NCBI GenBank assembly: GCA_027320085.1
Contig: DAHVLZ010000043.1
Span: 1-17,081, forward strand
Source of the DNA: Pseudomonadota bacterium
GTDB lineage: Bacteria; Pseudomonadota; Gammaproteobacteria; JAKAQQ01
DNA: 17,081 nt
Direction: 5' to 3'
Shown here: one piece after another, positions 7,358 through 16,278 of the stretch
Layout of the letters: every line of letters begins with the position of its first letter
How positions within the stretch are numbered: position 1 is the stretch's first letter
Program-made: the position numbers and the translations under genes
Notes under the pieces: model-generated
Told to the model about the DNA's origin: nothing
The model's input: only the letters and a program-made list of their open reading frames with translations
Databases searched by the model: none

Positions 7358-7573
7358 ATGGGCCTCCGATCATCCGGCCCGGGTCTCCGTGGCGGGAAGT
7401 TCCATGCCCGGGGCCAGGGCATGGTCGAGTATCTCGTCGCCGTGGTTTTCACCGCGATCGTCCTGATTGCCGTGAGCGCACCGCTCGGCTCCCATCCCTC
7501 GGCCATCGTCCAGCTCGCGGATGCGATCAAGGGTTTCTGGTCCAACTATTCCTACATCCTGTCCCTACCCTAG
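7358..7573 (+). CDS. Small Flp-like/minor pilin
   Basis: HARG|QGMVEYLVAVVFTAIVLIAV carries the E5-Y6 pilin motif; ends AIKGFWSNYSYILSLP. Start is ATG 7358 (AGGA upstream) or 7343. The ORF-track start at 7229 lies well inside the previous gene. Confidence 0.78.
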   Translation: MGLRSSGPGLRGGKFHARGQGMVEYLVAVVFTAIVLIAVSAPLGSHPSAIVQLADAIKGFWSNYSYILSLP

Positions 7574-7593
7574 AAAGAAGCAAGAAGGTACCC

Positions 7594-8670
7594 ATGGCGC
7601 TCAAAGTCCCGAAAATCAAGGTCAGTCGTTTTGCCGTGATCATGGCGGTGGCCGTGGTCTTGGCCGGAACGGCTGCCTACCTGTCGGTCAACTACCTGAA
7701 ACGGAGCGAAAGCAGCTACCGGCAACGGGTCGCCCGCAAGCTGCTCGGTCGCCTCGCCCAGGTGGTGGTGCCGACCATGAACCTGGCCCCGGGCACCGTG
7801 GCCAGTGCCGCCGACATGGCGTTGCGTTACGTTCCGCGGGACCTCATCTATCCCACGACGGTCACGACCGCCAACTGGCGGCTCTTTGCCGGCCATCGCC
7901 TGACCCGCGGAGTGGAGCGCGGCCTTCCGCTCCGCACGGTCGATTTCGAAAAACCCTACGGTGGGGATTTCGCGGCCACCATGCCCAAGAACATGCGGGC
8001 GATCACGGTCGACGTCAATGGCGAGAACCGGATCGCCGGCCTGATCCGCCCGGGTGACCGGGTCGATGTCCTGGTGATCGCGAACCAGGCGGGTGGCAGC
8101 GGTCGCCTGATTCCGGTCATCCACCGGGCCCTGGTCGTGGCGACCGGGAAGCACACGCGCTTCACGCCGATCCGGACCTTCGGCCCGCGCACCCAGTACG
8201 TCAACCAGATCATGAGCCAGTACGCGAGCCTCACGCTCGAGCTCAATCCCGTGCAGGCCGCCCGGGTGGCCATTGCCCAGAAGGTGGGCCAGCTGCGCGT
8301 GATCCTGACCCCGAAGAAATCACTTCCGTCACCCCGGGTTCCCATGCTGACCGGTGAGGCGATCCTGAGCGGTGTGACCGCCCGGGCGGGTTCGGCGGCA
8401 CCGCCCACAGTCGAGTACATCGTCGGTCAAGGCACTGCCCGGGTCAGGATGCGGAGCGTGGGGTTGGGTCAGCCCATGCCCGCCCCCCAGGCTGCCCGGT
8501 CGGCGGCCCCCCTCTCGCAGACCCAAAAGACCCTGAAAAGCCTCCAGAACTACCTTCATGAACAGAGAAAGGCCATGCAGAAAAGCGTGAACGAAAACCC
8601 CGACTGTCCGCCGTATTGCGGGGCCATGGCCACCCAGGGCCATGGCTTTGCCGGAGGGATGCCGCGATGA
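7594..8670 (+). CDS. cpaB: Flp pilus assembly protein CpaB/RcpC
   Basis: N-terminal TM helix, SAF-like VVVPTMNLAPGTV segment, hallmark MRAITVDV...IAGLIRPGDRVDVL and LTLELNPVQAARVAIAQKVGQLRVIL. Confidence 0.9.
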   Translation: MALKVPKIKVSRFAVIMAVAVVLAGTAAYLSVNYLKRSESSYRQRVARKLLGRLAQVVVPTMNLAPGTVASAADMALRYVPRDLIYPTTVTTANWRLFAGHRLTRGVERGLPLRTVDFEKPYGGDFAATMPKNMRAITVDVNGENRIAGLIRPGDRVDVLVIANQAGGSGRLIPVIHRALVVATGKHTRFTPIRTFGPRTQYVNQIMSQYASLTLELNPVQAARVAIAQKVGQLRVILTPKKSLPSPRVPMLTGEAILSGVTARAGSAAPPTVEYIVGQGTARVRMRSVGLGQPMPAPQAARSAAPLSQTQKTLKSLQNYLHEQRKAMQKSVNENPDCPPYCGAMATQGHGFAGGMPR

Positions 8671-10271
8671 CCGGGCGTTTCCCTCCCGCTTTCCGGGGCA
8701 TCGGCAAGAACGGGATGCTCCTCCTCGCGTTTTTCGCCCTCGCCACGATCGCCTCGGGCCAGCCGAACCCGGGAGCCTCGGGGCAAAGGGGTCCCCGCAC
8801 CCGTCAGCTTCTCATGTACGACGGCCAGATCAAGATCCTCCCGATCCCGTATGTGGCCCGGGTGGCTGTCGGGAACGGCAAGATCGTGGGGGTGACCACC
8901 CTGCCGAACCAGATTGTCCTGATCGGAACCGGAATCGGAACGACGGACATGGTCCTCTGGACACGGACCGGCCAAGTGATTTTCTACCATCTCTTCCTCA
9001 CCCCGTACGATAACCAGCAGACCTATGACCAGATCCATGCCGTGCTCGACCCCATCCCGGGACTTCATGTCTCGAACGCGGACGGGCACGTGGTCCTCTC
9101 GGGCGACCTCAATCCGGAGGAGGCCCGCACGGTGGCCCAGATCGCGAAGACCTTCCCCGGCACCATCGACATGGTCCGGGCGAACACGGTCGACATGAAG
9201 CGCATGGTGTACCTGGATGTCCAGGTCATCGACTTCAAGAAATCGGCGCTCCGCGACTTGGGCATCCAGTGGCAGAACAGCATGGAGGGTCCCTCCTATG
9301 GCGTGGTCGGGGACTTCGTCGGCAACAACACCTTCCGCCTGGGCGATGTCTCCCAGGGCGGGGGCGCCAATACCCTGAACGGACTGGTCAGCGGACAGCC
9401 CGGCCCGCTCACCGGATTGCCCATCCAGGTGAACCCCTTCCAGAACTACCTGGGCTTGGTCTCCTCCCTGACCTCGACGATCAACCTGGCGGTCCAGGAT
9501 GGCACGGCCTACATCTTGGCCAATCCCCAGCTCAGCACGCGCAGCGGGGGCGTCGCCTCCTTCCTCGCGGGCGGGGAGATTCCCATCCCCATCTCGAGCG
9601 CACTGGGCCAGACGACCGTGCTCTACAAGAAGTACGGGGTCATGCTCAAGATCAAGCCCCAGGCCGACCGCTTCGGCAACATCCTCACGAACATCGACAC
9701 CGAGGTCAGCCAGCTCGACCCCACGGTCACGATCGACGGCTATCCGGGCTTTCTGACCCGCAAGACCGCGACCCTCGTGAACGTGCATAGCGGCCAGACC
9801 ATCGTCCTGTCCGGCCTGGTCCATTCGCTGGGCGCCTCGACCCTGAACAAGTTCCCCTGGCTCGGGGACATCCCGATCCTGGGCTGGCTGTTCAAGTCCC
9901 ACAACTTCCAGGCGTCCCGCAGCGAACTCGTCATCTTCGTGACGCCCGTGATCTTCAACCCCGCCTCCCGCATCAACCGCACAGTCATCCGCCGTGGGGT
10001 TCACTGGGTGCACCAGTTCAACGCGACCATGGGAAGCGGGATCTACATGCCGGGATTCGGGGTGGGACCCGGCACGCATCTCCGCCCGGTCCGGGGTCGG
10101 CCCCCGGCCCAGCACCCGGCCGCCCAGCCGGCATCCCCCGGGAGCCCGGCATCCGTGTCCCGGCCCGTGCCGGCGCCCGCGACGCGCGCCGGAACCCCGG
10201 TGACAACACCGCTGACCGTCCCCCCCGGTGAGACCGGGGGTGCGCGGCCGTGGTTTTCGGATCTGTTCTGA
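8667..10271 (+). CDS. cpaC: Tad secretin CpaC/RcpA
   Basis: ATGA overlap with the cpaB stop. Signal peptide, RVAVGNGKIV N-domain, BON-like segment (VVLSG), and secretin motifs ILANPQL, ASFLAGGEIPIP, YKKYGVML, PWLGDIPILGWLF, ELVIFVTP. Pro-rich C-terminal tail. Confidence 0.93.
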   Translation: MTGRFPPAFRGIGKNGMLLLAFFALATIASGQPNPGASGQRGPRTRQLLMYDGQIKILPIPYVARVAVGNGKIVGVTTLPNQIVLIGTGIGTTDMVLWTRTGQVIFYHLFLTPYDNQQTYDQIHAVLDPIPGLHVSNADGHVVLSGDLNPEEARTVAQIAKTFPGTIDMVRANTVDMKRMVYLDVQVIDFKKSALRDLGIQWQNSMEGPSYGVVGDFVGNNTFRLGDVSQGGGANTLNGLVSGQPGPLTGLPIQVNPFQNYLGLVSSLTSTINLAVQDGTAYILANPQLSTRSGGVASFLAGGEIPIPISSALGQTTVLYKKYGVMLKIKPQADRFGNILTNIDTEVSQLDPTVTIDGYPGFLTRKTATLVNVHSGQTIVLSGLVHSLGASTLNKFPWLGDIPILGWLFKSHNFQASRSELVIFVTPVIFNPASRINRTVIRRGVHWVHQFNATMGSGIYMPGFGVGPGTHLRPVRGRPPAQHPAAQPASPGSPASVSRPVPAPATRAGTPVTTPLTVPPGETGGARPWFSDLF

Positions 10272-10289
10272 CCGGGGAGGGCGGTTTCC

Positions 10290-12008
10290 ATGTTTCGGGT
10301 CAACATCACGAATTCACGCGGCAAGGTCGAAACGGTCACCTGCACCTCGGCCAGCGCCTCGATCGGCAAGTCGGACGAGAACCTGGTGCTCCTGCAGGGC
10401 TGGCAGGTGGCGAGACGTCATGCCACCATCTACCAGGACGACAACCTCCTGTATGTGAAGGAGGAGTCCTCGAGTTTTCCCACGAAGGTGAACGGAGAGC
10501 GGATCACCGGGGTCCACGGCCCGCTCGGGGAGCGCGACGTCATCGAGATCGGGGCCTACCGGATCGGGGTCGAGCCCACCACCGAGACCCGCATCGCGCA
10601 GGACCCCCTGGCCATGCCCTCGGCCGATGCCCGTCCAAAGAGCGGGATGCCGGCCGCCCCGGCTGCACCCGCGAACGAGCCCCTGGCCGAGAAGAAGCCG
10701 GTCGCGGCACCGTCCGAGAATGCCCAGAGTTTTGCCAAGCTGCGGCTGATCCAGGAACGGCTGATCTCCCGGATGGATTTCCGGCGCATCGACACGAGCA
10801 AGATGGAGGAGTCCGAACTCCGGCAGAAGACCCAGGAACTGATCGAGGAGATCATCAACGAGGATCCGACCATGGCGTCCGATCCCCAGCGGGGGTTTCT
10901 GGCCCAGAACGCACTCAACGAGGCGGTGGGACTGGGTGCGCTCGAGATGCTGCTTGCCGACGACAGCGTCACGGAAATCATGGTCAACCGTTATGACCAG
11001 GTCTACGTCGAGCGCGCCGGACAGCTCGGGGAATCCAACATCGCCTTTTCGGGTGACAAGGCCGTCGTGTCCACGATCGAGCGGATCATCGCCCCCCTGG
11101 GCCGGCGCATCGACGAGGCCTCGCCGATGGTCGACGGACGGCTCAAGGACGGTTCCCGCGTGAATGCCATCATCCCGCCCCTGGCACTCAAGGGGCCGTG
11201 CATCACGATCCGCAAGTTCTCGAAACGCCGGCTCACCGACGACGATCTCGTGACCTTCAAGTCGGCAAACCGGCCGATGATGGCCTTCCTCAAACTGGCC
11301 GTCCAGCAGCGGCGGAACATCCTGATTTCCGGAGGAACGGGCTCGGGCAAGACGACCTTGCTCAACATCCTGTCCAACTTCATCCCGGACAGCGACCGGG
11401 TGGTCACCATCGAGGACGCGGCCGAACTCCGGCTCTACCAGCCCAACCTGGTCTCCCTCGAGGCCCGGCCGGCCAACATCGAGGGGGAGGGGGCGGTCAC
11501 CATCCGCGACCTCGTCCGCAACAGCCTCCGCATGCGGCCGGACCGGATCGTCGTCGGGGAGTGCCGGGGCGGCGAGGCGCTGGACATGCTGCAGGCCATG
11601 AACACGGGGCATGACGGTTCGCTGACAACGGTCCATGCCAATGCGCCGCGCGACACCCTGTCCCGTCTCGAGGTCATGGTGCTCATGGCGGGAATGGAAC
11701 TCCCGGTGCTCGCGATCCGCCAGCAGATTTCCTCGGCGATCCACCTGATCGTGCAGCAGACGCGTTTTTCCTGCGGCAGCCGCAAGATCACGCATGTCAC
11801 CGAGGTCACCGGAATGGAGAACCAGACCATCCAGCTGCAGGACATCTTCCTCTTCAAGCAGGAGGGTTACGGACCCGACCACAAGATCCAGGGACGCTTC
11901 GTGGCCACCGGGCGGATCCCCGAGTTCTACGAGGACCTGCAGCGGCGGGGGATCGAGGTCGACCGCAACATCTTTTTTGAAGACCAGAAGGGCGGAAGTC
12001 CGTCATGA
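10290..12008 (+). CDS. cpaF: CpaF/TadA pilus ATPase with N-terminal FHA-like domain
   Basis: GGAGG SD. Walker [33 protein letters not shown] and [16 protein letters not shown]. Residues ~20-95 fit an FHA pattern (IGK..N...L....V.RRHA.I...VNG.RI......L...DVIEIG) and are followed by a Pro/Ala linker. Confidence 0.95.
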   Translation: MFRVNITNSRGKVETVTCTSASASIGKSDENLVLLQGWQVARRHATIYQDDNLLYVKEESSSFPTKVNGERITGVHGPLGERDVIEIGAYRIGVEPTTETRIAQDPLAMPSADARPKSGMPAAPAAPANEPLAEKKPVAAPSENAQSFAKLRLIQERLISRMDFRRIDTSKMEESELRQKTQELIEEIINEDPTMASDPQRGFLAQNALNEAVGLGALEMLLADDSVTEIMVNRYDQVYVERAGQLGESNIAFSGDKAVVSTIERIIAPLGRRIDEASPMVDGRLKDGSRVNAIIPPLALKGPCITIRKFSKRRLTDDDLVTFKSANRPMMAFLKLAVQQRRNILISGGTGSGKTTLLNILSNFIPDSDRVVTIEDAAELRLYQPNLVSLEARPANIEGEGAVTIRDLVRNSLRMRPDRIVVGECRGGEALDMLQAMNTGHDGSLTTVHANAPRDTLSRLEVMVLMAGMELPVLAIRQQISSAIHLIVQQTRFSCGSRKITHVTEVTGMENQTIQLQDIFLFKQEGYGPDHKIQGRFVATGRIPEFYEDLQRRGIEVDRNIFFEDQKGGSPS

Positions 12009-12865
12009 GCGCCACCGCGACGTACTGGCTGATCGGCATCTGCGGCTTCGGGGCTGCGGCCGCCCTGTTCATCCTCCTGGGCCAGGCCCTGGGCCTGGGG
12101 GCCCGCTGGCAGAAGGAGCGGATCAAGGAGACCGCCTCCCGGGATCTCGCCGACCTCTTCGTCTTCGTCGATTACAACAAGCTGGCCATGGTCCAGTTTG
12201 CGGCCTATCTGCTCCTGCCGGTCATCCTCTGGATCGTGACCGGGAACCCGGTGTTCACCGCCATCAGCCTGGTCGTTCCCTTCCTGGCTCCCAAGATCGT
12301 GGTCGGCGTGATGCGCAAGCGGCGCCTCAAGCAGTTTGCCTCGCAGTTTCCCGACGCGATGATGATGATGGCGGCCTCGTTGCGCGCCGGCACCAGCCTG
12401 GCCGTGGCCCTCGAGAACCTGGTGAACGAGACCAAGCCGCCGATCAACCAGGAGTTCGCCCTCATGCTCCGCGCGCAGAAGCTGGGTGCCAGCTTCGAGG
12501 ACTCCTTGAAGGACATGGAAAAGCGCCTGCCGGTCCAGGAGTTCATCATGTTCTCGGCGGGCCTGCGCATCGCCCGCGAGACCGGTGGCAACCTGGCCGA
12601 CATGCTGGAATCGCTCGCGGATACGATCTACCGCAAGATGCAGGTGGAAGGCAAGATCGAGAGCCTGACCGCGCAGGGCAAGGTCCAGGGCGTGGTCATG
12701 GCGGGCCTGCCGCTCCTGCTCATGCTCGTCCTCGACCTCATGGAGCCCAAGGCCATGCATCCCCTGTTCCATACCCTGACCGGATGGATCGTGCTCGGCG
12801 TGATCGCCTTCATGGAGCTGATGGGCTGGTACGGGATCCGGCGCATCACGAGTATCGACGTATGA
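12005..12865 (+). CDS. tadB: TadB inner-membrane platform protein (T2SS F family)
   Basis: ATGA overlap. QFPDAMMMMAASLRAG, ETGGNLADMLESLA and LTAQGK motifs; several TM helices. Confidence 0.92.
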   Translation: MSATATYWLIGICGFGAAAALFILLGQALGLGARWQKERIKETASRDLADLFVFVDYNKLAMVQFAAYLLLPVILWIVTGNPVFTAISLVVPFLAPKIVVGVMRKRRLKQFASQFPDAMMMMAASLRAGTSLAVALENLVNETKPPINQEFALMLRAQKLGASFEDSLKDMEKRLPVQEFIMFSAGLRIARETGGNLADMLESLADTIYRKMQVEGKIESLTAQGKVQGVVMAGLPLLLMLVLDLMEPKAMHPLFHTLTGWIVLGVIAFMELMGWYGIRRITSIDV

Positions 12866-13740
12866 TCTGGTATATCCTGATTGCCGTTTCGGTGGCCGGC
12901 TCGGTCATCCTGGTCTTCTGGTGGATCGCCGCGATGCACGAGGAGGTGCCGGATGACGAGCGGCAGTACCTGGATCCGCTGCCCCCCCTGCTCCGGGTGA
13001 TCTGGCCGATCATCCGCTTCCTGGCCTACTACCTCTGTTCCCGCCTGCCGGCCCAGTTGCTCGAAAACACCCACCAGCAGCTGGCACGGGCCGGCGCCAC
13101 CTACATGATGAACGCGGAGGAGTTTTTTGCGACCCGCGTGTTCGCCGGGAGTGTCACGTTCGTGCTGGCCTTCATGGCACTCAAGCCGCTGGGTGGCATG
13201 CTGGGCCTGGTCCTGCCCCTGCTCGTGGCCACCCTGGGGTTCTTCTACCCGCTCATCTGGCTCAAGAACCGCTATGAGACGCGGCGCAAGGACATCCTCA
13301 AGGCCCTGCCCATGTACCTCGACTACTTCACCCTCGCCATCGAGGCGGGGCTCAACCTGGCCGGTGCGCTCGCGCAGACCGTCGAGAAAGGACCGGTGGG
13401 CCCCATGCGGCAGGAACTCTTCCTGGTCCTGCGCGATATCCGTTCCGGTCTCACCCGGGCCGATGCCTTGAGGCGGATGGACAACCGGCTCAAGATCCCG
13501 GAGGTGAGTTCGGTGGTCTCCGCGATCGTCCAGGCGGAACAGGTGGGTGCCAGCGTGGGCAAGGTCATGCGGGTGCAGGCGGAACGCCGTCGCACGGAAC
13601 GCTTCCAGCGTGCCGAGAAGCTGGCCATGGAGGCACCGGTCAAGCTGATGCTGCCCCTGGTTCTCTTCATTTTCCCCACGACCTTCATCGTGCTGGCTTT
13701 CCCGATCATCATGATGATCAAGCAGCAAGGCGTGATGTGA
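12862..13740 (+). CDS. tadC: TadC inner-membrane platform protein (T2SS F family)
   Basis: True start is ATG 12862, overlapping the tadB stop (MIWYILIAVS...). LPMYLDYFTLAIEAGL, QAEQVG and RAEKLAMEAPVKLMLPLVLFIFP motifs. 292 aa. Confidence 0.92.
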   Translation: MIWYILIAVSVAGSVILVFWWIAAMHEEVPDDERQYLDPLPPLLRVIWPIIRFLAYYLCSRLPAQLLENTHQQLARAGATYMMNAEEFFATRVFAGSVTFVLAFMALKPLGGMLGLVLPLLVATLGFFYPLIWLKNRYETRRKDILKALPMYLDYFTLAIEAGLNLAGALAQTVEKGPVGPMRQELFLVLRDIRSGLTRADALRRMDNRLKIPEVSSVVSAIVQAEQVGASVGKVMRVQAERRRTERFQRAEKLAMEAPVKLMLPLVLFIFPTTFIVLAFPIIMMIKQQGVM

Positions 13741-14090
13741 GGCGGGGCCGGGTCGAGGATCCCCATGGACAGGTTCTTCTGCATGAGGTGTGGCGCACGA
13801 CAAACGCGTGGGAACGCGGGCGCGGGCTTCTGGCCCGTCCGGCCCTCACGCCAGGCCAGGGACTCTGGATCGACCGCTGCGGCTCGGTCCATACCTGGGG
13901 TATGCACTATGCCCTGGATGTGGTGTTCATGAACGGCGACGGGGCGGTTCTCAAGGTCGCGCGGCCCCTGCGTCCGTTCCGTTTCGCGATGGCCCGAGGG
14001 GCCCGCCTGGTGCTTGAGCTTCCGGCCGGGACCCCGATGGCGCGGGATCTCGAACCGGGCCTGGTTCTCCGCTGGCGGGAATGGCCATGA
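13737..14090 (+). CDS. DUF192-family protein
   Basis: GTGA overlap. The WERGRGLL, GLWIDRCGSVHTWGMHYALDVVF and VLELPAG motifs match the DUF192 pattern. Confidence 0.85.
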   Translation: MRRGRVEDPHGQVLLHEVWRTTNAWERGRGLLARPALTPGQGLWIDRCGSVHTWGMHYALDVVFMNGDGAVLKVARPLRPFRFAMARGARLVLELPAGTPMARDLEPGLVLRWREWP

Positions 14091-14572
14091 GGCGCCGCGG
14101 ACTGCTCGGAGTCGGCTTGGGGCTCCTGTTGTCGGGATGTGCCACGAGCCCCACGGGGCACCACCTCACGGTCCTCACCCGAAAGGCTGAGGTGGCCTAT
14201 GACAAAGGGCAGATCGCCCAAGCGCTGGCCGATTACCGCAGCCTGGCCGGACGTCTCCATGACCCCACGGTCTGGACCCGCGTGGGGAACCTCTACGCCC
14301 TCGAGGGTCACCCCCAAAAGGCCGTTCATGCCTACCTTCAGGCTACGCGGCTCGATCCCCAGGATGGCCAGGCGTGGTACAACCTCGCGGTTGTCCGCCT
14401 GCGGATCGCCTGGGCCACCTTGATCGAGGCCTACAACACGACGCCGGCGGCCGATCCGGTCCGGAAACGGATCGAGCGGGTGATCCGCCTCCTCAAGAAA
14501 ATGCCCCGGACGAACCGTCTCTCCTCCCCGCCGGACACCGCGCGTCCATCCCAGCCCGGCGGACCCTCCTGA
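14087..14572 (+). CDS. TPR lipoprotein, TadD/pilotin-like
   Basis: ATGA overlap (alternative start 14081). MRRRGLLGVGLGLLLSG|C lipobox; TPR-like helices VWTRVGNLY..A..AY.QA..LDP....AWYNLA. Confidence 0.8.
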   Translation: MRRRGLLGVGLGLLLSGCATSPTGHHLTVLTRKAEVAYDKGQIAQALADYRSLAGRLHDPTVWTRVGNLYALEGHPQKAVHAYLQATRLDPQDGQAWYNLAVVRLRIAWATLIEAYNTTPAADPVRKRIERVIRLLKKMPRTNRLSSPPDTARPSQPGGPS

Positions 14573-15312
14573 TGTTGCGGTCCCCGATCCGGCGCCGGAG
14601 GCGGGAGGGTGGACAGGCCCTCGTGGAGTACCTGATCGTCCTTCCCTCCCTCCTTCTCCTGATCCTCGGCACGATCCAGTTCGCACTGGTCTTCATGGCC
14701 AAGGCCACTCTCGATCTTGCGGCCTTCGACGGGGCCCGCAACGGGGCGGTCAACAACGCCTCCCTGTCCTCGATCCGGGAGGGCATCGCCGAGGGATTGG
14801 CCCCCCTCTACCAGAAGGGCATGACCGGGACGCCTTCGCTCTCGGGTGCCGTGGAGGCCCGGGGGCTCGCGCTCCTCGCGGCCACAAACCCGCTCACGGT
14901 CAAGATCACGATCCTGAACCCGAGCGCCCAGGCCTTCCAGGACTTTGCGACCCAGGTTCCCTTCGTGACGCCCTCCGGCTCGGTGAGCCACATCCAGGCG
15001 ATCCCCAACGCCCGCCTCCTCTACAAGCTCCCGACACCGGGTCAGAGCTCGAAGGAAGACATCCAGGACGCGAACCTGCTCAAGGTCCGCGTGCATTACT
15101 GCTATCCCCTGATCATCCCCCTCATCAATACCACGATCCGGACGATCATGTCGCTCGTGAACCCACCGCCGAGTTCCTCGTGGGTCCTCACGCATGCGAG
15201 CTACATCGGAAAGGACACCGCCGTCTGGGACCAGGCCTGTTATGCGCAGTCCGGCATGCCGATCGTGGCAGATGGAACCGCCCTCATGCAGTCACCGGCG
15301 GTCCAGCCATGA
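14572..15312 (+). CDS. tadE: TadE-family minor pilin
   Basis: TGATG coupling at 14570-14574. RRREGG|QALVEYLIVLPSLLLLILGTIQFALVF...AAFDGARNGA, plus IQDANLLKVRVHYCYPLIIP. 246 aa. Confidence 0.85.
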   Translation: MLRSPIRRRRREGGQALVEYLIVLPSLLLLILGTIQFALVFMAKATLDLAAFDGARNGAVNNASLSSIREGIAEGLAPLYQKGMTGTPSLSGAVEARGLALLAATNPLTVKITILNPSAQAFQDFATQVPFVTPSGSVSHIQAIPNARLLYKLPTPGQSSKEDIQDANLLKVRVHYCYPLIIPLINTTIRTIMSLVNPPPSSSWVLTHASYIGKDTAVWDQACYAQSGMPIVADGTALMQSPAVQP

Positions 15313-15408
15313 GCCCCCCCCACACCCGGTCCAGCACGAGATAGACAAAAACACCCCCACGAACGATTTCCGTCCACGCCTGTCCACTTTCGTCATTGGA
15401 GAATCAAC

Positions 15409-16059
15409 ATGCTCAGACGCCTTGCCCTGGTCTTTTTTCTGGTGCTTCCCGCCGTGGCGGCCGCCCAGGGATTCAGCTCGGCCTTCGAGTTTTCACATGC
15501 ACAGACCGGTTTCAGCATCAACGGGTCGACTGACAAGACCCACATCACCGAAGCGGGCATCCAGCTGGGCCATTACTGGTATCACCATCTCATCGACGTG
15601 GCGTTCCGCGGTGGCTACCTCGGGGTGACGCAGGATACCAACCCCGCGCTCACCGGCCTCAATCTCGGCGGCTACTATGCGGGAGTTTCGGTCACCTCCT
15701 TCCTTCCCGTCCAGAAAATCTGGGGGTTCACCCTCGAACTTGGAGGGACCTACCACCGGGTGAGTGACAGCGTGGGACCCGAGCAATACCGGCTCCACTG
15801 GCTGGGTGTGGCGTCCCGCGCCGGGGCCTGGTACCGGCTATGGGCGGCCCGCCTGTCGGCGGGACTCTATGTCCGGCATTTCAGCGGCAGCCAGCTCCTT
15901 TCGGGCAAGACGAACGTGACCAGTCCGATCCAAGGCGACACCTTGAGCGGCTTTTATGCCGGTCTCTCGTTTTATACCGGCCCGCATGCCCGGGTGGCCT
16001 TCTTTGCCGATACCGGAAGTTACCAGTCCCTCATGCTGTCATTCCGTTACGGGTTCTGA
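15409..16059 (+). CDS. Small outer-membrane beta-barrel protein of unknown function
   Basis: GGAG SD. Sec signal ending AAA|Q, alternating amphipathic strands rich in Y/F/W/G, and a C-terminal LSFRYGF Bam-recognition-like motif. Confidence 0.8.
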   Translation: MLRRLALVFFLVLPAVAAAQGFSSAFEFSHAQTGFSINGSTDKTHITEAGIQLGHYWYHHLIDVAFRGGYLGVTQDTNPALTGLNLGGYYAGVSVTSFLPVQKIWGFTLELGGTYHRVSDSVGPEQYRLHWLGVASRAGAWYRLWAARLSAGLYVRHFSGSQLLSGKTNVTSPIQGDTLSGFYAGLSFYTGPHARVAFFADTGSYQSLMLSFRYGF

Positions 16060-16239
16060 TGGGAGGCCGGGTGAGGGACCGGGGTGGTGAGGAAGTGGGT
16101 GCACGGATCCCCGCCCTACGCTCTCGCGTCCGGACCGGAATCACACAGACATCCATTCCTGCGCCGGATCGGGGAGGCGGTCTGTTGTGCGAGAGTCTCG
16201 ATGACGATCGGATGGTCCTGCAGGGGCACTCCACTCTCC

Positions 16240-16248
16240 TGCTATACT
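16240..16248 (+). promoter_or_regulatory. Possible extended -10 promoter for the DUF5678-like/protease pair
   Basis: TG-C-TATACT about 30 nt upstream of ATG 16279; no good -35. Confidence 0.4.
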
Positions 16249-16278
16249 GGAACACTCTCGTCGCGGGGTGATCGGTTC

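Noticed and set aside
11794-13740. 648-aa ORF suggesting a large or fused TadC
   Set aside because: The first ~356 aa are Arg/Pro-rich off-frame translation over cpaF/tadB. TadC begins at the coupled ATG 12862.
4069-13803. Long minus-strand ORFs (4069..5346, 8556..10115, 10314..11882, 11927..12772, 12628..13803)
   Set aside because: Antisense to well-supported tad genes. This is expected in high-GC DNA with strong codon bias, and they show no protein motifs.
16140-16190. Imperfect inverted repeat CACACAGAC...GTCTGTTGTG as an ncRNA or element end
   Set aside because: Short, imperfect, with a long loop and no recognisable family or transposase nearby.
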